Source of the DNA: an uncultured Bacteroidia bacterium
Lineage (GTDB): Bacteria > Bacteroidota > Bacteroidia > NS11-12g > UBA9320
Direction of reading: 5' to 3'
Assembly (NCBI GenBank): GCA_963924815.1
Contig: CAWURO010000092.1
Location: forward strand, 1-57,888
Length of the DNA stretch: 57,888 bases
This document shows, one piece after another, positions 48,376 to 57,622 of this stretch. The first letter of the stretch is position 1. The number at the start of each line of letters is the position of its first letter. A model generated the notes under the pieces. That model did not search any database, had not been told where the DNA came from, and saw only the letters and a program-made list of their open reading frames with translations. The position numbers and the translations under genes are program-made.

Positions 48376-50499
48376 ATGAAATTAAGTGCTTTTATAGCTT
48401 TCCTCTTGTTTTCGTTTTGGGCATCTGCGCAAACTTTTAGTGAGAAAACTACCACGGCCTCTAATGTGCGTCTAAATGTATCCAACTCCGGTACGTTTGG
48501 AAATGCATTTCGAGGATATCGCGATGGTTCAGGTAATCCTTCTGGTGAATATCCCGCAGGAAGTGGGGTAGAACATCTGTTTGAAAGTGGCATTTGGTTT
48601 GGCGGTTTAATAAATGGGTCTACGGTGGCGGTGAGCACTGCAGCTGTAGATGCTCCCCAAGGATACAGCACGGGTTCTGCTGGCTTTGAGTTTTATCCTG
48701 AGCCTGGAGCCACACTCAAAGAAATCTCATCACTTCGAAATAGCCCATACTATAATACATTAGCGGTTTCTCACCAAGATTTTGTGGCTACATTTTCCGA
48801 TAAAAATGTCAAAGTACCAGGTACGAATACTCAAATAGGGTCTCATCTTGATCCTCTTTTTGTTAAAGTAACGGCGAAGTCGTATAACTGGAATTATAGT
48901 TTTAGTGATTTTTTCGTTATTTTAGATTACGAACTAGAAAATATTGGTGCTAATACCATAGATAGTGCCTTTTTTGGGCTATGGGCTAATACAGTTGTTC
49001 GAAATATTAATGTTACACCTGCAGGAAGTGGCGGTGCCGCTTTTTATAATAAAGGAGGCAATGGCTATTTTGATAGCTTGCAAATGGCTTACTGCTATGA
49101 TAACGCTGGGGATGTAGGTTTTACCGATAGTTATGTGGGACAAAAATTTTTAGGCGCAGAAGATAAAAATGGCTTCCATCATCCTAATAATGCTTCGTCA
49201 TTTAAAGCTAATTATAATGCTTGGCAGTTTAATAGTACTACAGATCCTATATACTTCCAACCTACTAATGATAATACGCGTTATCAAAAACTAACCCGTG
49301 GATTGAACCAACATCAATGTTGGGATGAAAATAATACCACAAATTCAAGTTGCGGAACTAAAAGCTATCAGCAACAGTTGAATGAAGCTGGTAATCGTTC
49401 AGATTTAGTCTCCGTTGGCCCTTTTAGAGATTTTAAACCAGGAGATAAAATAAAGGTTAGTTATGCCTTTATTTTTGGTAGAAAGAAACAAGATGGCAAT
49501 GCGAATAGCGCCAATAATTTGAAGCAACAGAGTATTTTCTTAGCCAATGCTTCTTGGGCGCAAACTGCATATAATGGTGAAGATGTTAATGCAAATGGCC
49601 TTTTAGATGCTGGTGAAGATATAGACGGAAACGGAAAACTTACACGCTTTATACTTCCTGCACCTCCTGAAATTCCAGAAACCAAGGTGTTGACTTCCGA
49701 AAATAAAATTGAGATTTATTGGGCGCAAAATGCAGAGTCTAGTATAGACCCTATAAGTCAAACCATGGATTTTGAAGGATACAGAGTCTATATGACTAAG
49801 TTAGGTTTTGATGTAAGTTCTGTTCCCAACTTACAACGCGATTTGGTTAAAATAGCGGAATATGATATAGCTAATAATGGGTATAATTACGAGACCGGCT
49901 TTGGCGCGGTAAGACTAGAACAACCAGTTAAGTTTGAAGGAGATGATACCGAATATTGGTATAAATATACCGTTAACAATGTGTTAAACGGCTGGCAATA
50001 TGCTATATCGGTAACCGCTTTTGATAGAGGAAATGCGGCAAGTAACTTAGAGAGTTTAGAGAGTAGTACACTTGCTAATAATTATAGAGCTTATGCAGGC
50101 AAACCAGCTAATGAGAACTTAGGTGTCAATGAGCCGTTTGCATATCCTAATCCCTACATCGCAGGAGCAAGTTGGGAAGGTAAAAGTTCCTTTCAAGAAC
50201 AAAGTCGTAAGTTATACTTTGCTAACCTACCCGCTAATTGTGAAATATATGTTTATACGGCAGCAGGAGATTTCTTAGATAAAATAACACATAATGCGCA
50301 ATACGATGGCAGCGATATTCGCTGGAATCAAACATTTGGCGCAGAGAATACAGATCAAAATGTATTTGCAGGGGGTGAACATGCATGGGACTTGCTTACA
50401 GAGAACACACAAATTATAGCTCGAGGGTTATATATTTTTACGGTAAAAGATTTAGATACAGGCAAGTTATACAAAAGCAAATTTGCGGTAATAAAATAA
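48376..50499 (+). CDS. Secreted multidomain protein of unknown function (unknown N-domain, Ca-binding TSP3-like loop, FN3-like domain, long FlgD-Ig/T9SS-CTD-like tail)
   Basis: Signal peptide MKLSAFIAFLLFSFWASAQ. Also DVNANGLLDAGEDIDGNGKLT, FEGYRVYM, and a C-terminal FAYPNPY...GLYIFTVKDLDTGKLYKSKFAVIK. Confidence 0.8.
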   Translation: MKLSAFIAFLLFSFWASAQTFSEKTTTASNVRLNVSNSGTFGNAFRGYRDGSGNPSGEYPAGSGVEHLFESGIWFGGLINGSTVAVSTAAVDAPQGYSTGSAGFEFYPEPGATLKEISSLRNSPYYNTLAVSHQDFVATFSDKNVKVPGTNTQIGSHLDPLFVKVTAKSYNWNYSFSDFFVILDYELENIGANTIDSAFFGLWANTVVRNINVTPAGSGGAAFYNKGGNGYFDSLQMAYCYDNAGDVGFTDSYVGQKFLGAEDKNGFHHPNNASSFKANYNAWQFNSTTDPIYFQPTNDNTRYQKLTRGLNQHQCWDENNTTNSSCGTKSYQQQLNEAGNRSDLVSVGPFRDFKPGDKIKVSYAFIFGRKKQDGNANSANNLKQQSIFLANASWAQTAYNGEDVNANGLLDAGEDIDGNGKLTRFILPAPPEIPETKVLTSENKIEIYWAQNAESSIDPISQTMDFEGYRVYMTKLGFDVSSVPNLQRDLVKIAEYDIANNGYNYETGFGAVRLEQPVKFEGDDTEYWYKYTVNNVLNGWQYAISVTAFDRGNAASNLESLESSTLANNYRAYAGKPANENLGVNEPFAYPNPYIAGASWEGKSSFQEQSRKLYFANLPANCEIYVYTAAGDFLDKITHNAQYDGSDIRWNQTFGAENTDQNVFAGGEHAWDLLTENTQIIARGLYIFTVKDLDTGKLYKSKFAVIK

Positions 50500-50520
50500 A
50501 GAATTAACACTATATAAAAA

Positions 50521-52734
50521 ATGAAAAAACAATTACTAACACTAGCATTGGGATTATTTAGTATCCTATTTTCATCTGCTCAAACAACTGTGTCTGTCCG
50601 TGACATACAGTATGTAAGTCCTAGTGACTTAGCAAGTTGTAAAGACATAAGTACTTACAATGGTCAAGAAGTAAAGACTGTAGGTGTAGTAATGCATGAT
50701 GGCGGTCTTACAGAATTAGCATCAGGTTCAGTTACTGGAGGTTACAGGCCAGGTGTACACATTATGGACACCGCTGCGGGTGGCGTAATGGGCAATTTTG
50801 CAGGTATTCAAATTCACGGGGTATATTCTGGTCAACTATCTCAGCCGGTAACTGCACTTAATAATCTAGTAGCAGGTATGATTGTAGAAATCGTGGGAAC
50901 AGTAAATAACTTCAGCGGTGAAACGCAAATCTATCCTAAAGATAATTCGTCAGTAACTGTTATAGGAACAACCTCTGCTCCTACTCCTAAAGTAATAAAC
51001 TTGGGTGTACTAAATGACAACTCAAGAAGTAATATATATACGACAGGAGAAGAATATGAAGGTTCGTTAGTGACTTTAGAAAACGTAACCGTGGTTGGTG
51101 TTTCTATTTTCAGTGGCAATAGAGTTAGTTTTGATGTGAGTGATGTTAACGGTAATTTAATTAACGTTTCTGACAGATTTATTGCTCAAAAACAAGGAAA
51201 TTGGAATGCACTTAACGGTTCATCTCCGCAAACAACAGGGCAGTTTGTTCCGCCAGTTGTAGGTACCAAATACGAATCTTTGTCAGGTATAGTGCTTCAT
51301 TCACAAAACGGTTGTTCAGGTGGAACGGGAAGAGGGTATGAATTAAATCCATTCTCTGCGGATCATTACAAAGTAGGGGATACACCTCCAAGCATTACGC
51401 AGGTGAGCAGAAGCCCATTGGTTCCTGCTAGCGGCAATGTAGTTACGCTTTCAGCTAAAATTGTTGATTTTAATGGTACCGTAGTGGACCAAAAATTATT
51501 TTACTCAACAGATTTAAATCAAGACAATACAGCCTTTACTTCGGTTGCTCTGACGCTTAAATCAGGTTCAACCGATGAATTTGAAGCGACTATCCCAGCT
51601 TTTACAGATGGTACAATAGTGAGATACTATATAACTGCAGATGATAATGATGGTAATAAAAGCTACGAGCCTTTTAGTGCTGCAAATGCATCAGGTTCTA
51701 CTTCTTTTTATACCGTTAGAGATAATGGCTTAAGTATTATTGACCTTCAAAAAGTATTAAACCCTCTTCAAGATGCGAGTCCATACAGAGATCAAACAGT
51801 TACCGTAAAAGGATATGTTATCGCAAGTGCTAAGCCTTACGACCTTGAAGATATTTACATTCAAGATAAAGACGCAACAGAGTTTGCAGGCATAAAATTA
51901 ACAGGCAATGCAGACTTGTTAGACTTATGGAGAACTGAAGAAGTAGAAGTAACTGGTAAAGTGGTAGAATCCTTCGGAAACACCCAACTAGAAGTAACTT
52001 CAGTATCTAAAACAGGTAAAACATTTGATGTAGCGCCTATAGAATTACCAGTAAGCGATAGTGCAGGCAGAGCAAATGGAGGAATGGAAAAATACGAATC
52101 TATGCTTGTAAAAATGGTTAATACAGGAGGTAAAGTAAAAATAGCTAACCCACGTTTAAATCCATTTGGAGAGTTCATGATTTCTAATGATACTGCTGCT
52201 AATTTTGCCAATAGTACTAAGGTTCAAACCGGCGTAAAAAATAGCAATAATAATTCTTCGCTTTGGGTGTCTTTAGTGTCTAACGATACTTTTGCCAACA
52301 TAGATGGTATCATGGAAGTAGCAGCAGTGGAAGCTACCAAAGACATGGATATGGACGCTATAGTTGGTGTTATTTATTATGGATTCAGCCAGTTTGCACT
52401 TAAGCCAAGAAATAACGACGATATTATAGGTTTTAGCCAAACACTAGAATCTGCAAAATATGCGAACGATACCGCTAAAAATAGTGTGGTAGAACTTACC
52501 AATTTAGGTGTTTCTTTCTACCCTAATCCTGCCAATAATGTGTTAAATATTCAGGTAGGAAACAATGGTAATGGCACACTTGCAATACGCAGTCTTGAAG
52601 GAAGATTAGTTAGTCAAACTGAAATACTTGGAAGCACCTCTGTGAATATAAGTTCATTATTAAGTGGTGTTTATTTTCTAGAATATACCAACGCAACTGG
52701 GCAGAGAGCTTCTGCTAAGTTTGTGAAACTTTAA
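50521..52734 (+). CDS. T9SS type A sorting domain-containing protein of unknown function with two copies of an OB-fold-like module
   Basis: Signal peptide ...LFSSAQ. Canonical C-terminal sorting domain VSFYPNPANNVLNIQV...LLSGVYFLEYTNATGQRASAKFVKL. The internal repeat is described in the findings. Confidence 0.85.
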   Translation: MKKQLLTLALGLFSILFSSAQTTVSVRDIQYVSPSDLASCKDISTYNGQEVKTVGVVMHDGGLTELASGSVTGGYRPGVHIMDTAAGGVMGNFAGIQIHGVYSGQLSQPVTALNNLVAGMIVEIVGTVNNFSGETQIYPKDNSSVTVIGTTSAPTPKVINLGVLNDNSRSNIYTTGEEYEGSLVTLENVTVVGVSIFSGNRVSFDVSDVNGNLINVSDRFIAQKQGNWNALNGSSPQTTGQFVPPVVGTKYESLSGIVLHSQNGCSGGTGRGYELNPFSADHYKVGDTPPSITQVSRSPLVPASGNVVTLSAKIVDFNGTVVDQKLFYSTDLNQDNTAFTSVALTLKSGSTDEFEATIPAFTDGTIVRYYITADDNDGNKSYEPFSAANASGSTSFYTVRDNGLSIIDLQKVLNPLQDASPYRDQTVTVKGYVIASAKPYDLEDIYIQDKDATEFAGIKLTGNADLLDLWRTEEVEVTGKVVESFGNTQLEVTSVSKTGKTFDVAPIELPVSDSAGRANGGMEKYESMLVKMVNTGGKVKIANPRLNPFGEFMISNDTAANFANSTKVQTGVKNSNNNSSLWVSLVSNDTFANIDGIMEVAAVEATKDMDMDAIVGVIYYGFSQFALKPRNNDDIIGFSQTLESAKYANDTAKNSVVELTNLGVSFYPNPANNVLNIQVGNNGNGTLAIRSLEGRLVSQTEILGSTSVNISSLLSGVYFLEYTNATGQRASAKFVKL

Positions 52735-54191
52735 TGATAAATACGATCTTATCATATACAACAAAAGGACTGAGCACTCTCGTGCTCGGTCTTCTTGTTT
52801 TTATTTTTTCCTGTAAAACGGGAGAGGAGTTACCAAACATGGCACCCGAAACTAAATTGTCTGTAGAAAATATCAACCTTTCAGGAGACAAACGGCTAAA
52901 TAGCACAGTTAACCTTACGTGGTTTGGTACAGACGTAGATGGCTATGTTCGGCATTATGAAATTAAAATAAATGAAGGTGAATGGCTTAAAACTCAAATA
53001 CAAGATAGTACATTTTTATTTGATATTGATCCAGACGCAGACTCAACAGATATTGAGTTTTATGTACGAGCGGTGGACGATGAAAACGTTGCTGATCCAA
53101 CACCTGCTTACATAAAAGTTCCTCTTAAAAATAGTCCACCGATTGTGTCATTTGACAAAGCAAGTGTAACCGAAGATACCACAAATCTTGTTATATCTTT
53201 TCGTTATCGAGCCAGTGATCCAGATGGAGATGCTACGCTAAAAAAAGGCTTTGTACGCGCCAATGATGGAGCATGGTTAGAGATTGATCTCAATCAAAAA
53301 TTAATTTCACTCATCGCAGAAAACACTTCTACGTTAGGCAAAGGCAATGCGAAACTCTATTACGGAATTGAAAAAAATGCTAGTCTGACTATAGATGGTT
53401 TTGTAAATGGGGGTGATAATATCATCCAACTTAAAGTTTCCGACATTGCTAATTCAGAAAGTAAAGTAGATAGTACCATAAATATTTACACCAAGGCTAA
53501 AACAAGTGATTTGCTTGCAGTGGGTGGACACAACAAAAGTTTATCGGCTACATACAATGCCCTAATTGCAACTAATTACCAAGACCTAGACGTAGTAGAT
53601 TATGCCCGTGATGGCGGCAAATACCAACCTAAGTTTTGGGATCCCACATTCCGGCTTCTTGCCATGGAATACGATAAAATTTTCTTTCATACCGAAGAAG
53701 GCACTACAAGTAATCCTTTCTCAGGTCTTGATGGCACTTTGTTAGATTTTGCTGCGCCGGTTATTCAGCAACTTATTGATAATAACAAAAAAGTAATGGT
53801 TTCTACTTCGTTTTCAAATGGAGCCGATTTAAGCATAATTGGAGATATACTATCTATTGATAGTTTTAGCTCGGCTAGAGGACAAGCATTTTTTACTAAC
53901 GACAGTTCTGCGTTAAGTACGGATGCTACATATCCTATAGTACAACCTGCTAATTTCTTACTCGCTGCAGATCCTTTTTACCCCGGAGTAAATGCAGAAG
54001 TATTTTATAATGCTCAACTTACACCTAGTGGTGGTTGGAGTGGTCCAAGATGCGTTGCCATTAGAAGAAGAAACAATAATAATCAAGTGAATTTAGTGCT
54101 CTTTTCTGTTGAACTACATAAGCTTAATAAAAATAGTATTAACCAAAATCAATTAATCTCTAAAATACTGAATGAAGCGTTTAACTGGTAG
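52734..54191 (+). CDS. Lipoprotein of unknown function (two Ig-like repeats plus a C-terminal alpha/beta-like domain)
   Basis: Lipobox LVFIFSC. Repeats carry WFGTDVDGYV...VRAVDDENVADPTPA and ASDPDGDA. The ATG overlaps the upstream stop (TAATG). Confidence 0.75.
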   Translation: MINTILSYTTKGLSTLVLGLLVFIFSCKTGEELPNMAPETKLSVENINLSGDKRLNSTVNLTWFGTDVDGYVRHYEIKINEGEWLKTQIQDSTFLFDIDPDADSTDIEFYVRAVDDENVADPTPAYIKVPLKNSPPIVSFDKASVTEDTTNLVISFRYRASDPDGDATLKKGFVRANDGAWLEIDLNQKLISLIAENTSTLGKGNAKLYYGIEKNASLTIDGFVNGGDNIIQLKVSDIANSESKVDSTINIYTKAKTSDLLAVGGHNKSLSATYNALIATNYQDLDVVDYARDGGKYQPKFWDPTFRLLAMEYDKIFFHTEEGTTSNPFSGLDGTLLDFAAPVIQQLIDNNKKVMVSTSFSNGADLSIIGDILSIDSFSSARGQAFFTNDSSALSTDATYPIVQPANFLLAADPFYPGVNAEVFYNAQLTPSGGWSGPRCVAIRRRNNNNQVNLVLFSVELHKLNKNSINQNQLISKILNEAFNW

Positions 54192-56985
54192 CATTCTAGG
54201 CTTATTATGTACATTGTTTAGCATTGCTCAAAACGGCACTCTTAAAGGGGTGCTTACTGATCAAGAAAGCGGTGAAAAGCTGGTAGGCGCATATGTAAGA
54301 ATAGTAGGTACCTATGGAGCAGCTATCTCAGAGGTAGACGGATCATTTAAAATAGCCAATATAAAACCAGGATCGTATACTATAAACATATCGTTTATGG
54401 GGTATCAGCAGAAGGTCTATAATGATATAGAGGTTCAGGCTGACAAATCAACTGGGCTCAATGTTAAAATGACGGCGCAAACCAATTCCTTTGAAACAGT
54501 TAAAATCGTTGGCAGGAAAAAAGTTGTCGAACTAGATGATGCTAAAAGCACAATAACGTTAAATAAAAAAGACATCGAGGAGATGAATGTGCGAGATGTT
54601 CAAGAGGTGGTTGCAATTCAAGCAGGTGTATCGAAGTCTCCAGATGGTATCCAAATTAGAGGAGCTCGTGTCTATGAAACGTCATTTAATATAGATAACA
54701 TAAGCGCACAAGATCCGCTGGCAGGTACAGGCTTCGGGGTACAAGTATCGAGTGGTTCAATTGGTGAACTAGAGTTGATAACAGGTGGCGCAGGAGCAGA
54801 GCATGACGGGGGTACCGCCGGTGTTATTAGCACATCTATAAAGGAAGGTTCAGATGAATTTCAAGTTGCGGGAAGCTGGCAAAGAGATAATCTCGGAGGG
54901 AATACTAATTCGGGTTGGAATACAGACATAGGCGAATTCTCATTCGGAGGAAAACTTAAAGTGAAGAACAGAAAATTTTATTTCTTCAATAATGTTACGC
55001 TAAACCTTACCGACGATTATTTTGGTCCTACTGCAAAGCAATTGCATAGTTCATTACTAACTGCAAACGATAGTTTTTGCGCACCAAGACAATCCAATCA
55101 ATTTACGCATACCTTAAAACTTTCGCACGAGCTTAATCAAAAAACGAAAATTACGATAACCAACCAACACAGCTTAACCGTAAATCAAAGTACACGGTCA
55201 TTGCAAATTGTGGGATTTGATGCGATTTTAGCCCCAGGTTATCAGTTTGATAGAAGTTTAAATTTAGATAATGCGACTACCTACACACATTCCTCTAATC
55301 TTACAGCTATAAATATAAGACGTACTATCACCGAAAAATTAGTGGGGACACTTACGTTGGGACGACTTTTTACCAATCTGAGAGCAGACGCCAACGGAAG
55401 ACCTTTTAGAACAAATTCAGTAGACCAAGTGTACGACGAGCAAAGCATAGTAACGAATCCAGTGCAAGTTTTTAACCCCAATGGTTTTATTCAATATGTA
55501 CTGCCAGGTCCTGGTTTAATAAATAACGGAGGTATTAGTTCTACCTGGCACGATCACTTTGCTAGTGAGCATACCATCAAAACGAATTTTAAATATTATC
55601 CTAAGGATAAAACCCATCAGATGAACTTCGGGTGGGAGCATAAGCTCAATGAATATCAGTGGGTAGATGTGACAAGACCATGGGTTGGCGCACCTATACA
55701 AATCAATGACAGTATAAGTACTCCGAGTATTAGCATTGGGTCTAGTAATGACATTTGGCGTGTAAAACCAAATAATGGGGGACTATTTTTCAGTGATAAG
55801 ATACAGTATAAAGGCATTATCGCCAATTTAGGAGCGCGTTTCAATTATTGGGCGCCAGGTAAGTTTGTGGATGATGCAGTTAATAATCCAACAGCACCTG
55901 TAATCGATCAAGTAAGAGAAGATTACAAAAGCCACACGGTAAAGGTATTTGGGCTTCGTTATAAAGCTAGAGTATTGCCTAAAATCAATGTGTCGTTCCC
56001 GGTAACCAATAATAACGTACTTTACTTTAACTATAGCCACAGTATGCGTTTACCGCATCCTCGTTTTGTATATGCAGGCTTAGATCCAGAGTATCAGGAT
56101 AGAAGTTTTCTTTCGTTTTTGGGTAATCCAGACTTAAATCCAGAGGTAAATGTAGCTTACGAAATAGGGTTTAAATCGCAGATTAAGAAAAATTTAGGCC
56201 TAACATTAGCGGCCTATAATAACAATCGTTTTGACTACATCGTAAGCCGCAAGGTTATTGTAACGGATCAAACGGGAAGACCTGTAAGTAAGACCATGTA
56301 CATTAACCAGGATTATGCGAAAGTGCAAGGCGCAGAGGCTAATGTTATATGGCGAATGACGTCCTACTTGCGAACATTTACCAACGTAGCCTACCAGCTC
56401 GCCAAAGGTAAAAGTAACAGTGCGAGAGAAAGTAGTTTGCAAATAGAGCAAAATGGGGAAGTGCCGCTCAGCACAGAGCAGTACTTGGCTTGGGATAGAC
56501 CTTGGAATATTAATCTTGGGGTGGTCTTTGCACCAGATACTAATTTAAGCATCTATCGAAAATGGATGAAAGGAACGCAAATTTACTTTAGCTCATCGTA
56601 CCAGAGTGGATTTAGATATACGCCAATGCTTTTAGAAGGATATAATGATTTAGGTAGACCGCTGTATGTTTCAGATCTGAATAATTATTTAGCTGAACGA
56701 GCTACGCCATGGGTAAACAGTGATATTAAACTCACAAAGACATTTGCACAAGGCAAGGGTAAAGGCGTTACACTGAGTGTGGAAGCAAGAAATTTATTTA
56801 ACTATAAAAATGCGCAGGTTATTAATCCCGTAACAGGCAGAGCCTGGGAGCCCGGAGATGATTTGCCCAATAACCAGCGAGATGATCGCTACCTTGGACC
56901 AGAGGAAAGCGGGACACCTCCTAACAATCCTGCTCGTTATACCGCTCCTAGACAAATACTATTCGGCGTTAGCTTTAAATTATAA
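54172..56985 (+). CDS. TonB-dependent receptor with an N-terminal carboxypeptidase-regulatory-like domain (no SusD partner)
   Basis: 937 aa. Signal peptide ...LFSIAQ, GTLKGVLTDQESGEKLVGAYVRI, plug (VQEVVAIQAGVSKSPDGIQIRGARVYE) and a long barrel. Overlaps the upstream gene by 20 nt. Confidence 0.88.
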   Translation: MKRLTGSILGLLCTLFSIAQNGTLKGVLTDQESGEKLVGAYVRIVGTYGAAISEVDGSFKIANIKPGSYTINISFMGYQQKVYNDIEVQADKSTGLNVKMTAQTNSFETVKIVGRKKVVELDDAKSTITLNKKDIEEMNVRDVQEVVAIQAGVSKSPDGIQIRGARVYETSFNIDNISAQDPLAGTGFGVQVSSGSIGELELITGGAGAEHDGGTAGVISTSIKEGSDEFQVAGSWQRDNLGGNTNSGWNTDIGEFSFGGKLKVKNRKFYFFNNVTLNLTDDYFGPTAKQLHSSLLTANDSFCAPRQSNQFTHTLKLSHELNQKTKITITNQHSLTVNQSTRSLQIVGFDAILAPGYQFDRSLNLDNATTYTHSSNLTAINIRRTITEKLVGTLTLGRLFTNLRADANGRPFRTNSVDQVYDEQSIVTNPVQVFNPNGFIQYVLPGPGLINNGGISSTWHDHFASEHTIKTNFKYYPKDKTHQMNFGWEHKLNEYQWVDVTRPWVGAPIQINDSISTPSISIGSSNDIWRVKPNNGGLFFSDKIQYKGIIANLGARFNYWAPGKFVDDAVNNPTAPVIDQVREDYKSHTVKVFGLRYKARVLPKINVSFPVTNNNVLYFNYSHSMRLPHPRFVYAGLDPEYQDRSFLSFLGNPDLNPEVNVAYEIGFKSQIKKNLGLTLAAYNNNRFDYIVSRKVIVTDQTGRPVSKTMYINQDYAKVQGAEANVIWRMTSYLRTFTNVAYQLAKGKSNSARESSLQIEQNGEVPLSTEQYLAWDRPWNINLGVVFAPDTNLSIYRKWMKGTQIYFSSSYQSGFRYTPMLLEGYNDLGRPLYVSDLNNYLAERATPWVNSDIKLTKTFAQGKGKGVTLSVEARNLFNYKNAQVINPVTGRAWEPGDDLPNNQRDDRYLGPEESGTPPNNPARYTAPRQILFGVSFKL

Positions 56986-57075
56986 AATGCCACTTATCGT
57001 ATTACTTGTTATCAAGTATATCAGAAAAAGAAGAAAACGCAGGGCTGATTAGGGTTTTGCTGAGAGGAATTGATA

Positions 57076-57558
57076 CTATTTTTGCTTTAATCGTAAGCTG
57101 GAGCTTCCACAAATGAAGAATGGTGTTTTACTTTCATAATTAACCTTCCTACCTTCTATAAATTCTTCGAGAAGCATTGCATACCTTCGAGTAGTCCTAT
57201 TGCTCAATTTGGAATGGGCAAAAAAAGTACAATATTCAATCTCTCCTTTTGAATTAACATAGTACTTGTGAATTAGAGTAACTACACTATCCTTAGTTTT
57301 GAAATCAAATTTTTCCCGTCCTATAAATCCAGCGAGTTGAATATTAATTGGTTGCAATGCTTGTAAGATTTTGTTTTGCTCTAAAGTGTCATCATCTATA
57401 CTTCTGCAATTAGAATAGTGTTCTACTATACCTGTTTTATTTAAGTATATGGTATCTCGAGTATTGTGACTATCAAACACTTTCTTGTTTTGCTGGGCAA
57501 AAACAAAAGTTGTAGATAGTAGAATGACTATGCTTATAAGTTTTCTTAGATTAATCAT
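57076..57558 (-). CDS. Hypothetical secreted protein
   Basis: 160 aa. Signal peptide MINLRKLISIVILLSTTFVFAQ. No recognisable motif. Confidence 0.55.
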   Translation of the reverse strand: MINLRKLISIVILLSTTFVFAQQNKKVFDSHNTRDTIYLNKTGIVEHYSNCRSIDDDTLEQNKILQALQPINIQLAGFIGREKFDFKTKDSVVTLIHKYYVNSKGEIEYCTFFAHSKLSNRTTRRYAMLLEEFIEGRKVNYESKTPFFICGSSSLRLKQK

Positions 57559-57622
57559 TATACAAAGTTACCTATAGTTTTTAAGTCTACTTTAAACTTT
57601 AGCTTATTCTTACATTTTTGGT

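Noticed and set aside
56987-57052. A 21-codon ORF (MPLIVLLVIKYIRKRRKRRAD) starting 1 nt after the stop of the operon's TonB-dependent receptor.
   Set aside because: The hydrophobic stretch is only about 9 residues, too short for a membrane helix. The rest is a basic, A-rich low-complexity tail, and there is no supporting signal. It would only be worth revisiting if ribosome profiling or conservation supports it.
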